Source: a virus. Taken from it: a stretch of 64,000 nt of DNA. Below the pieces are notes generated by a model. That model searched no databases. It was given only the letters and a program-made list of their open reading frames with translations, and was not told where the DNA came from. Where the stretch lies: IMG/VR virus record IMGVR_UViG_3300028103_000009; one strand, given 5' to 3'. How positions within the stretch are numbered: position 1 is the first letter of the stretch; the number at the start of each line of letters is the position of its first letter. Below, in pieces: positions 49,881 to 61,032 of this stretch. Both the position numbers and the translations under genes were made by a program.

Positions 49881-50119
49881 AAATCAACGAAATCATCAGA
49901 GAATCACTAGTAGACGAAGAACCCGCGAGCAGAGACCTTTGCCTAAGCGGTAAGCCAGACTCGGCCCTAGGTGCTAGCCAACTGGCTTCATGCAAGAGCC
50001 AGGGCTATCGTAGCCGTGATGGGGGCAAGAGCCACAAGGTAGGCTCAGAGCGCATCAAGGTCCGAGGAAAACGTATCAAGGGCAAGAAATACGGCGGCCC
50101 CTTACCAGACTGGAGTTGA
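49877..50119 (+). CDS. small basic late protein
   Basis: MKINEIIRES N-terminus; ATGA overlap with the preceding gene. Confidence 0.55.
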   Translation: MKINEIIRESLVDEEPASRDLCLSGKPDSALGASQLASCKSQGYRSRDGGKSHKVGSERIKVRGKRIKGKKYGGPLPDWS

Positions 50120-50125
50120 CAGATC

Positions 50126-50683
50126 ATGCATCTAGAACTAGGTGATCTACTCATAGCACCCCCAAAGATGCCCGACCTACGTTTTAAAAAGTCAGTGATC
50201 ATGCTGACACAGCAACACCAAGGGGGCTGGGCGGGCTTGACCATCAATAAACCCACACCTCATACACTGCTAGATCTAGCACGTGAAGTGGATCTTAATC
50301 TGCCCGAACGCATGAACTTTCCTCTGTACTGGGGTGGCCCTGTGAACACCACTACAGTTTGGATGCTGCACAGTTCAGAGTGGTCCATGATGGAGACCAT
50401 AGAGATCAACGAGCATTGGTCTATGACCAGCGATGAAAAGATGTTTGCCTGTGTGGCAGATGGTGACTACCCTCGACACTTTCGTTTTATGTTTGGGCTC
50501 TGTGCTTGGGCTCCAGAACAGTTGGAAGCAGAGCTACGTGGTAGCCCACCCTGGCATCACAGCTCTAGCTGGCTCATAGCTCGTGGTCCCAGCCCTGATT
50601 GGCTCTTTGAGCAGGATCCTGCGGATCTATGGTCTAACAGCACTGAGCTCTGTGGGCATCAGGCTGTGAATGCTTGGCTTTAG
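50126..50683 (+). CDS. YqgE/AlgH family protein
   Basis: LLIAPP.M.D.RF.KSVI, GLTINKP, WGGPV and GLCAWAPEQLEAE motifs. Confidence 0.88.
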   Translation: MHLELGDLLIAPPKMPDLRFKKSVIMLTQQHQGGWAGLTINKPTPHTLLDLAREVDLNLPERMNFPLYWGGPVNTTTVWMLHSSEWSMMETIEINEHWSMTSDEKMFACVADGDYPRHFRFMFGLCAWAPEQLEAELRGSPPWHHSSSWLIARGPSPDWLFEQDPADLWSNSTELCGHQAVNAWL

Positions 50684-51180
50684 TGATCGCTGTTCTTGAT
50701 AGTATCGAATAAGCGTTCGCGTTGTTCGCGATAACGATGCCAGCTTTCCATCAAGGGCTCTACCAAGAACCACTTGAAAATCCAAAATAAGAATATGGCC
50801 ATGGCGCCCAAGTTGCAGTAGAGTCTGACGGGATCTTCAGTGAGCCAGCTGGTGATCAGCAGGCCCCAACCCACAAAGAAAGTCCACTGCCAAAACTTAA
50901 GGCCCTGTATGAGATGCAGGACCCATCCTAGAAATAACTTCATTTTACGCCTTTCAATCCATCCATGACCATCTTTTTGGCACGACGGTCCAGTTCAGCT
51001 TCTTCAGCACGTAGCATTTCAAAGCCCACCATGTTCATGAACTCCGCCAGCGCAGCCTTGCCTTCTTCAGTCCAATGACTATAGCCCGAGCCCACTGAGC
51101 TGTGATAGTAGTAGGTACGGTTTTTAAGCAGTTCTTGTATGCCACCGTAGGTTAGGTCTTTGATAGCCTGTCGATCCATT

Positions 51181-52518
51181 TTAGATTTTTTCACCTTTCG
51201 CAAAACCGCGGAATCGAAGGAATCTGGGGAACCGTAGCGAGTATAGGTCTTCACTATCTTGGCTCCTAGTCGCCGCATCCGCTCGGACTTCAATGACCTG
51301 ACCCACGATGCTATCGGCTCGAAGCGTGTAGGCTTCCCAAAACTCTTTACGCTGGCTGTCACTGAATCCACTGCCCACGTTAACTGCGATACTCTTTCCA
51401 TCATCTACACCTTCACATACTAGGGCACCCAAACGTCCTTGATTACGGCCAGTGCCCTCTTCCACAGCCGTGACCGTCAATGTTACTTCGATATAGGGCT
51501 TTTGCTTGAGCCAGCTGGTGCTACGTTTGCACTCGTATTTGGCTTCAGGATCCTTGATCATGATGCCCTCGTAGCCCTCAGCGATCATCTGTTTGTTAAA
51601 GTCCTGGAACTCGATCTTGCCTACGAACTGATCTAGATCCACTTCGATCTGTGGAACGATAGTGATACAGCCTGCGTCAGCAAAGATGTTTTCAAAGCCC
51701 TTGAGGAAGTTAACACGGCGTCGCTGACCCATGGAGCTCTGACCCTGCTTGAACTCTACCAAAGGCACGATGTCAAAGAGATGTAGCACAGCATCACCGC
51801 TCTGCACATTGTCCTTGCGATGCACTTGCTTCATCAAATCCTGGAATGTTTCGCTCATGACTTCACCGTCAAAGACAAAACTACGTCCAAAGTTGTCTAG
51901 GTTATCTTCAAAGGCCTTAACGATATGCGGAAAGTTAGCCAACTCTTTACCGTTGCGTGTGTACATGGTAACAGTACGGCTTTCAAAGTCTACTACAGTA
52001 AGACAGCGCACACCATCTAGTTTGCGTTGCAGGATCTTCTTGCCTGTGATCTTGCTTTCGTGATTGGCTCCGTCGTGTGCCAACATGCACTCAAACACAG
52101 GCACACGGTATTGAGTCAACCCCGTGTCCTTGGCCACGGAGTTTACCGTCTTTTCTGAAACACCACAGCGCAGGTCTTTGATAAGGATACGTCGATACCA
52201 ATCGTTCCATTGCTCTTTGGTAGCTACTGACATAGCCAGATTAACAGCATCCCTAGCGGCATGCCCAGTAAGCCTACGGCGATATAGACTGTCCGCAAGC
52301 TCAATAAAGTTAGTCCAAGATAGTCCCTGTCCATCGTCTTCCTCTTTTACGGGCACCTGCTTGATGCCAAATGTATGTAGTTTGTCCAAGCACATACGCA
52401 GACCTTCGAAGAACTCATCGAGTCCTTCTTGCATGGCCTTGGCTAGGATAGCTTCTTTGGCCAGTCGTGAGTTGTCTGCTTCTAGTTGCTGGATGATAGT
52501 CTGTGGTTGTGTTCTCAT
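51181..52518 (-). CDS. ATP-dependent DNA ligase
   Basis: KLDGVR adenylation motif, FDGE, EGIMIK, WLKQK and LRFPRF. Confidence 0.93.
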   Translation of the reverse strand: MRTQPQTIIQQLEADNSRLAKEAILAKAMQEGLDEFFEGLRMCLDKLHTFGIKQVPVKEEDDGQGLSWTNFIELADSLYRRRLTGHAARDAVNLAMSVATKEQWNDWYRRILIKDLRCGVSEKTVNSVAKDTGLTQYRVPVFECMLAHDGANHESKITGKKILQRKLDGVRCLTVVDFESRTVTMYTRNGKELANFPHIVKAFEDNLDNFGRSFVFDGEVMSETFQDLMKQVHRKDNVQSGDAVLHLFDIVPLVEFKQGQSSMGQRRRVNFLKGFENIFADAGCITIVPQIEVDLDQFVGKIEFQDFNKQMIAEGYEGIMIKDPEAKYECKRSTSWLKQKPYIEVTLTVTAVEEGTGRNQGRLGALVCEGVDDGKSIAVNVGSGFSDSQRKEFWEAYTLRADSIVGQVIEVRADAATRSQDSEDLYSLRFPRFLRFRGFAKGEKI

Positions 52519-52929
52519 ACGATCACGTCTTTCGTAGTTTTACGGTTGCTAAAAACTTGATAAGAATAGTTTTCACGGACCCAATCTGCGAATCCTTGCG
52601 GGTCGCTGTCAGTCCAAATCTTTATTTCATTTAGACCGATATCTGCGGTGCTGGTAAACACATAGATCTCGTAGTGGCGATGACTATTCATCTGAGCCCG
52701 CATCACTAAGTGGCTGAGATTAAAACTTAGAGGCGCTTCGATTTTTTTAGAATACTTGATAGAATCAAACAGATGCTTCTTAGCCCAGTTGTCTGGGTGG
52801 CTGTCTGTGATTTCCTCGAGAAACTCAACACCGAGGTTGTCCCAGCTGACTAACCAATAGCGGGTATCTTTCAAGGTTGCTCCTAAAGTGTTAACTATGA
52901 CAATAGTATAGCACCTTAGAAGCAGTTTG

Positions 52930-53448
52930 TCAACCCTCTATGCCCAACCAATCTCGCCAACTTGGATGAGCGATATGGTAACCCATTTTCTTACGTTTTT
53001 CTGCAAGTTCCCAGTAATCTGGCTTGTAGGGTTTGATTTTGGGCTTCATTTTGGTATGCGCAGCCTTTTCGTAGTTACAGCGTTTGCAGGCCGTAGTACT
53101 GTTATCCCAAGTGGTCTTACCACCCAGGCTGATTGGATGCACATGGTCCAAAGTGGCGTTTTCGCTTTGGCATTGTGTACCGCAGTATTGACAGATATAA
53201 CGGTCACGCAGGAACACATTACGTTTACTCAAACGCACATAGTTTTTAGTCTTCTGATACTCTTTGAGCATCATGACCGCAGGGACGCGGGTCTCCCAAC
53301 GAGCAGAACGAACGATCCAATCGTCGTACCAACTCATCACACGGACCTTGTCCAGGACTAGATATCTGATCGCTTCTTGCCAATCTACAGTGCTAAGTGG
53401 TAGCAGGCTGACTGGCTGAGCGTCGGCATTTAATAGAAGTGTTGTCAT
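52930..53448 (-). CDS. HNH endonuclease
   Basis: RDRYICQYCG, TLDHVHP, N..TACKRCN. Confidence 0.9.
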   Translation of the reverse strand: MTTLLLNADAQPVSLLPLSTVDWQEAIRYLVLDKVRVMSWYDDWIVRSARWETRVPAVMMLKEYQKTKNYVRLSKRNVFLRDRYICQYCGTQCQSENATLDHVHPISLGGKTTWDNSTTACKRCNYEKAAHTKMKPKIKPYKPDYWELAEKRKKMGYHIAHPSWRDWLGIEG

Positions 53449-53593
53449 GATTTGCTACTTTTGAGTATTTAACTACAAGATTCATTATATACTCATATAT
53501 TGCTGAAAACAAGAGCCTTTTGAGATAAAATATAGTTGACGTGTCCAAGTTGCCACATTATACTAATACAACTTACAACAAAAAGGAAAGACT

Positions 53594-54184
53594 ATGAGTT
53601 TGATTCCAATGGTTATCGAAACTACCAGCAAGGGTGAGCGTGCCTACGATATCTACAGTCGCTTGCTCAAAGAACGGATCATCATGTTGAATGGTCCTGT
53701 AGAAGATAACATGGCTAATACTATCGTAGCACAGTTGCTATTCTTAGAAAGTGAAAATCCTGATCAAGACATCAGTTTGTTTATTAACAGTCCTGGCGGT
53801 GTTATCACAGCAGGTATGGCTATCTATGATACCATGCAGTTTATTAAGCCAGACGTAGCAACCTATGTAATGGGTCAAGCCTGCTCAATGGGCAGTTTCC
53901 TTGCACAGGCAGGAGCCAAAGGTAAAAGGTTTATGTTGCCCTATGCACGTCATATGATCCACCAACCATCGGGAGGTGCTCGTGGTATGCAGAGCGATAT
54001 CGAAATCCAATACAAAGAGATCACTAAGATGAAAACTATCTTAACTGAGCTCTATGTCAAGCACAATACTGCGGGCAAGACCTATCAAGACTTTGAACGT
54101 GACATGGATCGTGATACGTTTATGTCAGCAGAAGAAGCCAAGGCCTATGGTCTAGTAGATCAAATCATCGATCGGAGACCATAA
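53594..54184 (+). CDS. clpP: Clp protease proteolytic subunit
   Basis: [30 protein letters not shown] and DRD motifs. Confidence 0.96.
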   Translation: MSLIPMVIETTSKGERAYDIYSRLLKERIIMLNGPVEDNMANTIVAQLLFLESENPDQDISLFINSPGGVITAGMAIYDTMQFIKPDVATYVMGQACSMGSFLAQAGAKGKRFMLPYARHMIHQPSGGARGMQSDIEIQYKEITKMKTILTELYVKHNTAGKTYQDFERDMDRDTFMSAEEAKAYGLVDQIIDRRP

Positions 54185-54576
54185 TGGATCTAGGAAGAAT
54201 AGAAAGAGGTTGGGGATTTGAAATCCTTTGGTGCAACAATGAAAAGTATAGCGGCAAGCTCTTAGTCTTTGAACGTGCAGGCGCTAAGACTAGCATGGTC
54301 TATCACAGCGAACGTAGAAAGAGCTGGTTCATTAATGAAGGCACATTTAAACTAAACTTTGTTGATACCAAGACTGGCGAACATAGAGAGATAGAACTTC
54401 AGACAGGCAGTGCCTTTGAAGTAGCGCCTTTGAGTCCACATCAACTAACTTGCCTTAGCGATAGCGGCATTATCTTTGAAGTGGGAACCACTGAAAACGG
54501 AGAGGATCGTTATCGTATTAGTCCCGGTGACTCTCAAACACGGCAACCAGCGCAGTTACCAGATCCTCAATCATAG
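54184..54576 (+). CDS. cupin-domain protein
   Basis: [24 protein letters not shown]. Confidence 0.7.
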   Translation: MDLGRIERGWGFEILWCNNEKYSGKLLVFERAGAKTSMVYHSERRKSWFINEGTFKLNFVDTKTGEHREIELQTGSAFEVAPLSPHQLTCLSDSGIIFEVGTTENGEDRYRISPGDSQTRQPAQLPDPQS

Positions 54577-55723
54577 AATCATTATGGAATGGTGTAGGTG
54601 CAAAGCGTAAACGCTCTGTGCCTACGTCCACAGTAGGATAGTTGATTGGCTGCACATAGATATTGTGTTCTGCTAACAGCATATCACTCATTGACTTACA
54701 CTTCTTAGCATCACCTACAAGCACAGGAACGATGTGAGTAGTAGAGCATTCCATAACAGGAATACCTGCTACCTTTAGTCTGTGTTTGAGTTTACGAGCA
54801 CGTTCTTGATGTTTCTCTCGTATCTCATTATGATCCTTGAGATACTTCACAGCAGCTAGGGCACCTGCACAGGCCACAGGACTCATGCTGGTAGTAAAGA
54901 TGAATCCAGCTGCCACTGAACGTATGGCATCGATGACGTCACTATCGGCAGCAATATAGCCGCCTTGGACTCCATAGGCTTTGCCTAGTGTACCATTGAT
55001 TATATCAATCCTAGACTCCAATCCTAGTTCTTCTACTTTACCGCCACCGTGGGCGCCATAGAGTCCTACCGCGTGTACTTCATCAATATAGGTCATGGCA
55101 TGATACTTGTCTGCGAGATCGCAGATCTCTTTGATCTTGCCTACATCACCATCCATAGAATAAACTGACTCAAATACGATACAAGGAACATGACCAGTTA
55201 ACTGGGCGTTGACTAGTTTATCTTCTAGGTCAGCCATGTCATTGTGCTTGAATACCTGTTTAGATGCCTTGCTGTGACTGATACCAACGATGATCGAGTT
55301 GTGATTATTCTCATCGCTGATGTATTGTATGTTAGGAATGATCTTAGCTAGTGCGATAAGAGTCCATTCGTTGGCCACATATGCACTGCTGAACAACAGT
55401 GCTCGCGCCTTATTGTGTAGTAGTGCTAGCTCGTGTTCTAGAGCTACGTGATAGTGGCTGGTACCGCCGATGTTGCGTGTACCGCCCGAACCTGATCCTG
55501 TATGATCTAAGGCTGTGTGCATAGCGTCTAAGACAACTTTGTGCTGACCCATGCCAAGGTAATCGTTGGAGCACCAGTTTACGATGTTCTTGATATTGTA
55601 AGGACCATACCATAATGCTGTGGGAAACTTGCCTCGCTCACGCACGATGTCGTTAAAAACACGATATTTTCCGTTTTCTTTTAGTCCTGCAAGCAGTTCT
55701 GTAAAGGGTTTTTTATCTATCAT
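54518..55723 (-). CDS. hemA: 5-aminolevulinate synthase
   Basis: [47 protein letters not shown] (PLP lysine), FIFTTS and INYPTV motifs. Confidence 0.93.
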   Translation of the reverse strand: MIDKKPFTELLAGLKENGKYRVFNDIVRERGKFPTALWYGPYNIKNIVNWCSNDYLGMGQHKVVLDAMHTALDHTGSGSGGTRNIGGTSHYHVALEHELALLHNKARALLFSSAYVANEWTLIALAKIIPNIQYISDENNHNSIIVGISHSKASKQVFKHNDMADLEDKLVNAQLTGHVPCIVFESVYSMDGDVGKIKEICDLADKYHAMTYIDEVHAVGLYGAHGGGKVEELGLESRIDIINGTLGKAYGVQGGYIAADSDVIDAIRSVAAGFIFTTSMSPVACAGALAAVKYLKDHNEIREKHQERARKLKHRLKVAGIPVMECSTTHIVPVLVGDAKKCKSMSDMLLAEHNIYVQPINYPTVDVGTERLRFAPTPFHNDSMIEDLVTALVAVFESHRD

Positions 55724-55974
55724 CCTGCACCTTTCTACGCTAAATATTGTACTATGGATATTATTAAAATCGATGTACCTTTATTTATTCGCTTGTTAGA
55801 ACTGGCTCGCGAAGATATCAAAGACGACCGCGACATACACGATGTTGCTGAAATCGTTATCAAGCTATCGCAGCACAGTCCAGTGACTATGGAAGATTAT
55901 CCTGCGATCTTAAAGTTCATGAACAGCATCGATCAAGCTGATGAAGTTAGTGATATTAAAAAGTTGAGTGGACT

Positions 55975-56292
55975 ATGAGAGCAACAGAAATAATCAGAGA
56001 TCTATTAGATCTTATAGACAACATTGATGCAGGCGTGGAAGTTGAAAAACCACAAGCCATTTCTGCGGATGTAGCTATCGCAGGTCAGCCTGCAGACATC
56101 AACCATTTCAAACAGATCATCGATCTTGTTCAAGAACCAGAAGTAGATCCTACATTTGCCAACGAACCTAATGAACAGTATGCTTCAATAGATGCGGTGA
56201 CAACAAACGCAGGCGGAGGAGTCAATGGTCCTAAACAGGCAGCTGATCTCCGTGGCAACAGTTTTAGAATATATCCCGGGGAGAGAAACTGA
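55975..56292 (+). CDS. hypothetical late protein
   Basis: MRATEIIRD N-terminus; FANEP...GGGVNGPK. Confidence 0.6.
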   Translation: MRATEIIRDLLDLIDNIDAGVEVEKPQAISADVAIAGQPADINHFKQIIDLVQEPEVDPTFANEPNEQYASIDAVTTNAGGGVNGPKQAADLRGNSFRIYPGERN

Positions 56293-56984
56293 TGTCAGCA
56301 AATGGTATTTCAACCCTATCAACAAAAGAACTACGCCAAAAGGCCAAACTTGATCTAGCAGCATCAGATCGAGCAGCAGATGGCAATCTTAGATCTGAAT
56401 ATGATATTTCTCAGTTACCTACAAGATATGTCAACAATGACATTTTGAATAATGAAAATCCAGGAGGACTTGTACAAGGTCGTCCTTGGATTACAGGATC
56501 AGGAAAGTTATACTACGACGGTTTGTGGCATGACAAGTATGCAGGATACTTTAATGACGATCCTAATTTTTTTATAATGAACTCACCGAGTGTATTTGGT
56601 TATCCAAGTGCCATATCTATCGCAGATTCAAATATTCCAGTTTCTACTAGTGTAGAATGGAGAGGATTCTTCGTACCGCCAAAGACTGATACCTATACAT
56701 TTTATACAAATAGCGATGACGCCAGTTATCTATGGATCGGCGATACAGCAGTATCTGGTTTCACTACTGCTAATGCTCTAGTTAACAACGGTGGCCTACA
56801 TGGTAATCAAGATGCATCTGGGTCGATACAGTTAACAGAAGGTGCTTATTATCCAATAAGAATACAATGCGGAAACAATCAGGTAACTGGATCGTGTTTT
56901 GTGTCTTGGTCTAACTCTACACAGGAAAGAACAGGAACCTTCACTGGACTGGTGTTCTACAAAACAATCGTAAACGGATTCTGA
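56292..56984 (+). CDS. PA14-domain protein
   Basis: VEWRGFF.PP..DTYTFYTNSDDASYLWI, NNGGLHG, YYPIRI. Confidence 0.8.
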   Translation: MSANGISTLSTKELRQKAKLDLAASDRAADGNLRSEYDISQLPTRYVNNDILNNENPGGLVQGRPWITGSGKLYYDGLWHDKYAGYFNDDPNFFIMNSPSVFGYPSAISIADSNIPVSTSVEWRGFFVPPKTDTYTFYTNSDDASYLWIGDTAVSGFTTANALVNNGGLHGNQDASGSIQLTEGAYYPIRIQCGNNQVTGSCFVSWSNSTQERTGTFTGLVFYKTIVNGF

Positions 56985-56987
56985 TAG

Positions 56988-58325
56988 ATGTCTCAAGACC
57001 AGCCAGAGAATACCACAGGGTATAATCATCCTAGAGAACCTAATCTAAATGACCTGCATAAGGCCATGGAGTATAATGCTCTAGGTCAGCCTGTTCTAAG
57101 AACTACACTCAAGGTAGGACAGTCAGACGCATTTGGTCGCATACGTATGAGTAGTCCCTTTACTCTAGGTGACTACAAACACTTGTACGGATTAGATCCT
57201 AACTTTATCGACAAAGTATTCAACGGTGGTTCAGTGGCGTTCCAATCAAACAAAGCCTGCGCTAGATTGACAACTACTAACAACTCCGCTAGTCGTGTTG
57301 TTCATCAGACTAAGTTCTATCATCACTATATGCCAGGTAAGAGCCAGCAGATACTTTCAAGTTTTGTATTCTATTCCGCAACAGCCAATGTAACCAAACG
57401 CACAGGATACTTTGATGACAACAACGGTATCTTCTTTGAACAAGCAGGCGACGGAACACTCAGTTGGGTTATAAGAACTTATACATCTGGTACTCCTGTA
57501 GAAAATCGTGTAACACAGGCCAACTGGAATATTGATCGGTGCAACGGCCAGGGTGGCAGTCTATTCAGCATAGATATTACTAAAACACAACTAATCTTTA
57601 TTGAGTTTCAATGGTTAGGAGTAGGGGCTGTCACAGTAGGTTTTGTACATGAAGGTGCCTACATACCTTGCCATATATTCTTTCACTCAAACAACTTGAC
57701 CACAGTATATATGAGCTCACCAAACTTGCCTGTACGCTGTGAGATCTTAAACACAGGTACCACAGCAGGTGCATACTTTGATCAGATATGTTCTACTGTG
57801 GTATCAGAAGGAGGCTATGTTGAAGCAGGACAAGATTGGGCTGTAAACAGTCCTGCGTCAAGAGCACTGGCCGCAGGCGCAACATTGCCAGTGTTGGCTA
57901 TTAGATTAAAGACAGCATTCAATACCTATGCTAATCGTATGATCGTGCGTATGGGTAGTGTCAATGTGTTTGGCACACAGGAAAACATGGAATGGAAGTT
58001 GATCAAACTTACAGGGATAAGCCAACTAACTACCGGTACCAGTTGGGTTCCAGTTAACGATGGTAGTGGTGTAGAATACAACGCAGGTGCTACGGCATTT
58101 ACTGGTGGTGAGATGATCGATGGTGGATATCTAGCAGCTACCACACAAGGTAGTCAAAAGTCAGCAGGTGCTCCGCCCAGTGATCTACCGAGCTCAGCTA
58201 AAAAGAACTACATCGTTCAAAACTATGACAGCACAGACAGTGAAATATACGTAGTAGCAGTAACAAATATAGGTGACACTGCTGGCACTGTTCGAGTCAG
58301 CACACAGTGGCGGGAGATCTACTAA
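56988..58325 (+). CDS. probable virion structural protein
   Basis: DAFGRIRMS, YMPGKSQ, WLGVG and PNLPVR; beta-rich composition. Confidence 0.55.
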   Translation: MSQDQPENTTGYNHPREPNLNDLHKAMEYNALGQPVLRTTLKVGQSDAFGRIRMSSPFTLGDYKHLYGLDPNFIDKVFNGGSVAFQSNKACARLTTTNNSASRVVHQTKFYHHYMPGKSQQILSSFVFYSATANVTKRTGYFDDNNGIFFEQAGDGTLSWVIRTYTSGTPVENRVTQANWNIDRCNGQGGSLFSIDITKTQLIFIEFQWLGVGAVTVGFVHEGAYIPCHIFFHSNNLTTVYMSSPNLPVRCEILNTGTTAGAYFDQICSTVVSEGGYVEAGQDWAVNSPASRALAAGATLPVLAIRLKTAFNTYANRMIVRMGSVNVFGTQENMEWKLIKLTGISQLTTGTSWVPVNDGSGVEYNAGATAFTGGEMIDGGYLAATTQGSQKSAGAPPSDLPSSAKKNYIVQNYDSTDSEIYVVAVTNIGDTAGTVRVSTQWREIY

Positions 58326-58726
58326 TGTATCGTAAGTATATCAACATTGTAGAAGCTGCCAACAAGGGCTGTCCTATCGCTACCTACGACCTAGAAGTTA
58401 ATGTTAAGAATAGACAAACTGCTATAGACAAACATCACTACGGTCCTGCCAATCCAGACGAACCGGGCGGATACTGGAAAGATGCAGCCAAGCAATGGGA
58501 CATAGATGAAAAGACTGCTAAGACTATGACCTGCGGTAACTGTGCGGCATTTAACATTACAAATGCTATGTACAAGTGCATACATGATGGCATGGGTAAA
58601 GAAGCCTACGAAGCAGAAAAGACTCGTGAAGCAGCAGATTTGGGCTACTGTAATCTGCTACATTTCAAATGCGCAGGGTCACGTAGCTGCGAACTTTGGA
58701 TCACTGGCGGGCCAATAGTCAAGTAA
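58325..58726 (+). CDS. Cys-rich hypothetical protein
   Basis: CP, CGNC, GYC and FKCAGSRSC. Confidence 0.6.
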   Translation: MYRKYINIVEAANKGCPIATYDLEVNVKNRQTAIDKHHYGPANPDEPGGYWKDAAKQWDIDEKTAKTMTCGNCAAFNITNAMYKCIHDGMGKEAYEAEKTREAADLGYCNLLHFKCAGSRSCELWITGGPIVK

Positions 58727-58736
58727 GGAGCGAATC

Positions 58737-59372
58737 ATGATCAAGTTGACAAAAAATCAACTAGATCCCAACGGTTACTGGGATAAACCCATAGGTAAGA
58801 TGTTATACATACCCTTGCCTGAAGACCTTGCGCTATTTGATCAGAACGGATACGACCTAACTATCCTGGAACAGCATTTTGCCAACACCAATGACGCTAT
58901 CACACAACAGCATCGTAAACATCGTACAGCACTAAAACAAAACTGGTACACACAGGAAACAAAAAAGGAAGGTGCTGTCCTTAATCACAGCCTATTGTTT
59001 GAGCGTAAAGGATACACAGGAGCTGCCTTGGAGCAGCTTAAATTTTGGGCCAAGACTCTGCCGTTGATATACAAGATAATAGCCATGCGTCCTAAATGGG
59101 GTTTAGACTTTAGCATGGACTATGTTGATCGTGAAGGAAATGCTTTTGAAATACTCCATTGGGAGTACGATGGGTTTAGCTACGAAGAAATATGCGCAGT
59201 TAAAGATAAAATCGAGCCCGTGATTAACAGCATAGATTTTGAGCAAGCAGGACGCGATCTGCTTAAATACAAAGACAAATGGCATCATTTAGATTTTTTC
59301 GCACAGAGTGATTGGAAGTGTGATTTTTTTGGCATTCCCAAAGAACGATTTAAGATGGTGATCTGGGAATGA
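58737..59372 (+). CDS. hypothetical protein
   Basis: AAGGAGCGAA RBS; 211-aa ORF. Confidence 0.65.
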   Translation: MIKLTKNQLDPNGYWDKPIGKMLYIPLPEDLALFDQNGYDLTILEQHFANTNDAITQQHRKHRTALKQNWYTQETKKEGAVLNHSLLFERKGYTGAALEQLKFWAKTLPLIYKIIAMRPKWGLDFSMDYVDREGNAFEILHWEYDGFSYEEICAVKDKIEPVINSIDFEQAGRDLLKYKDKWHHLDFFAQSDWKCDFFGIPKERFKMVIWE

Positions 59373-59385
59373 TAAAGGATGATAA

Positions 59386-60213
59386 ATGAATAAACTCTTA
59401 GGTATTTTTATTTTAACCATGGCAGGTCTAGGTACCTGTTCAGTGTCTCATGCATGGGATCAACGAGCACCACTTCCAGTAGATGCCTGCAAAGTACATA
59501 GCCCATGGGGATGGGCACAATCAAGCAGACCGGCACAGCCTATCTGCAGAGAAGCATATCTAGTAGCATATGATGCTCCTGTAAAGATACCTGCTTACGT
59601 GGCCTACACACTACTTCCACAAAATGCCTTAGGATGCTTTCCACGTACGAACGCATTCGTTGCGGACCAGTCAGTTCCAGGAGGACCAACTCCTAATGAC
59701 TACGCAGGCACAGGCTACGACAAAGGACATGCCGCTCCCGATGGTGACTTAAGTTGGTCACAGATCGTGGAGTATGAGAGTTTTTTGATGACCAATATGT
59801 ATCCACAGCACGGAAGTTTAAATCGTGGAATTTGGAAACTACTGGAAACATCAGTCCGTGGGTGGGCGGTACAGCAGAATCGTCCTTTTACCATATACGT
59901 GGGGGCATTCTATGGCGCTGGTGATCCATTTATCGGAAATGGAGTCATCGTTCCGCATGGATATTATAAGATCGTTATCGATCAACAAACAGGTGCCATA
60001 GCAGGCTGGGCATTCCCACACAATAAACCTTATGGCAATCTAGGCAATGACTTGACCAAGTTCCGTATGCCCGTAGCTGATATACAAAAACAAGCAGGAA
60101 TAACATTTAAATATCCTGCCAATGCTAAAGAGCTACAACCAGGTCAAGAATGGCCAGTAGATTTTGGAGCATTAACAAATGCTAAACGTGCCAAGTGCGG
60201 GAAAGCCGATTAA
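59386..60213 (+). CDS. DNA/RNA non-specific endonuclease (NucA-like) with signal peptide
   Basis: GYDKGHAAP, TNMYPQ...NRGIW and VPHGYYKIV; hydrophobic N-terminus. Confidence 0.9.
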   Translation: MNKLLGIFILTMAGLGTCSVSHAWDQRAPLPVDACKVHSPWGWAQSSRPAQPICREAYLVAYDAPVKIPAYVAYTLLPQNALGCFPRTNAFVADQSVPGGPTPNDYAGTGYDKGHAAPDGDLSWSQIVEYESFLMTNMYPQHGSLNRGIWKLLETSVRGWAVQQNRPFTIYVGAFYGAGDPFIGNGVIVPHGYYKIVIDQQTGAIAGWAFPHNKPYGNLGNDLTKFRMPVADIQKQAGITFKYPANAKELQPGQEWPVDFGALTNAKRAKCGKAD

Positions 60214-61025
60214 TGAAAACCTTTCGTGATTATCTGCTCGAAGCGGACAAAAAGAAAAAACAAGATCTCAAAGATAAGGATATTGATTGGTCCGGTTTTG
60301 ACGATCTCTTCTCTCCCAAAGCAGATAATCTACCTTCGGCTCCTGAACCAGAGCGTAGAGATGAACCCCGTGATGAACCCCGAGGTGATGCTCCGCAACA
60401 GCGCAGAGCCAGTCAGTCTGATACACATAGAGCTACAAGAAACATAGAACCTAATCAACGTATGCGAGACCTGCTTGGTCGTATGCGAGACATAGATGCA
60501 GATCCAGATGATCCAGGATATCCTGAACCTGATCAACAAAACTTACCAGCGGTTGATGTTAACACTCGTAACTTGCCTGCAGTCGCTGGAACCAATCTAG
60601 CAGCAGCAGGTATACAAAATCCCGAGTTCCATCAAGTGGCTAATCTTCCAGGCAATATGCAACGTGCTATCCGTACACTAGGCAGACATCTGTTTAGATC
60701 GTTTACTCGCACAGAAACAAATGATATTTGGATGATTGGTAATCTTAACGGACAAGGACCTAATACTAGACAAGAAGTAAATGCTGTAGGAAACTGGGCT
60801 CGCGAAAATGGCGAAGATGTAGGTACAGGCGATATAGATTTTGATACAACTATCCCAGGATATCAAGCACAGATACATCAGTACTCTGCAGGCGGAATAC
60901 GCTGGCTATTAGTACGAGATGAGTTTGGTGATTATATCTATAGCTGGCCTGAACAGGATAGTGTACACCCAGTAGAAAACCCCAGAGCTCTAGGACATGA
61001 TCGTCCTAGACTACCTAACCGATAA
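60213..61025 (+). CDS. hypothetical, probable internal head protein
   Basis: MKTFRDYLLEA N-terminus (capsid-targeting-like). Confidence 0.55.
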   Translation: MKTFRDYLLEADKKKKQDLKDKDIDWSGFDDLFSPKADNLPSAPEPERRDEPRDEPRGDAPQQRRASQSDTHRATRNIEPNQRMRDLLGRMRDIDADPDDPGYPEPDQQNLPAVDVNTRNLPAVAGTNLAAAGIQNPEFHQVANLPGNMQRAIRTLGRHLFRSFTRTETNDIWMIGNLNGQGPNTRQEVNAVGNWARENGEDVGTGDIDFDTTIPGYQAQIHQYSAGGIRWLLVRDEFGDYIYSWPEQDSVHPVENPRALGHDRPRLPNR

Positions 61026-61032
61026 ATACAAG

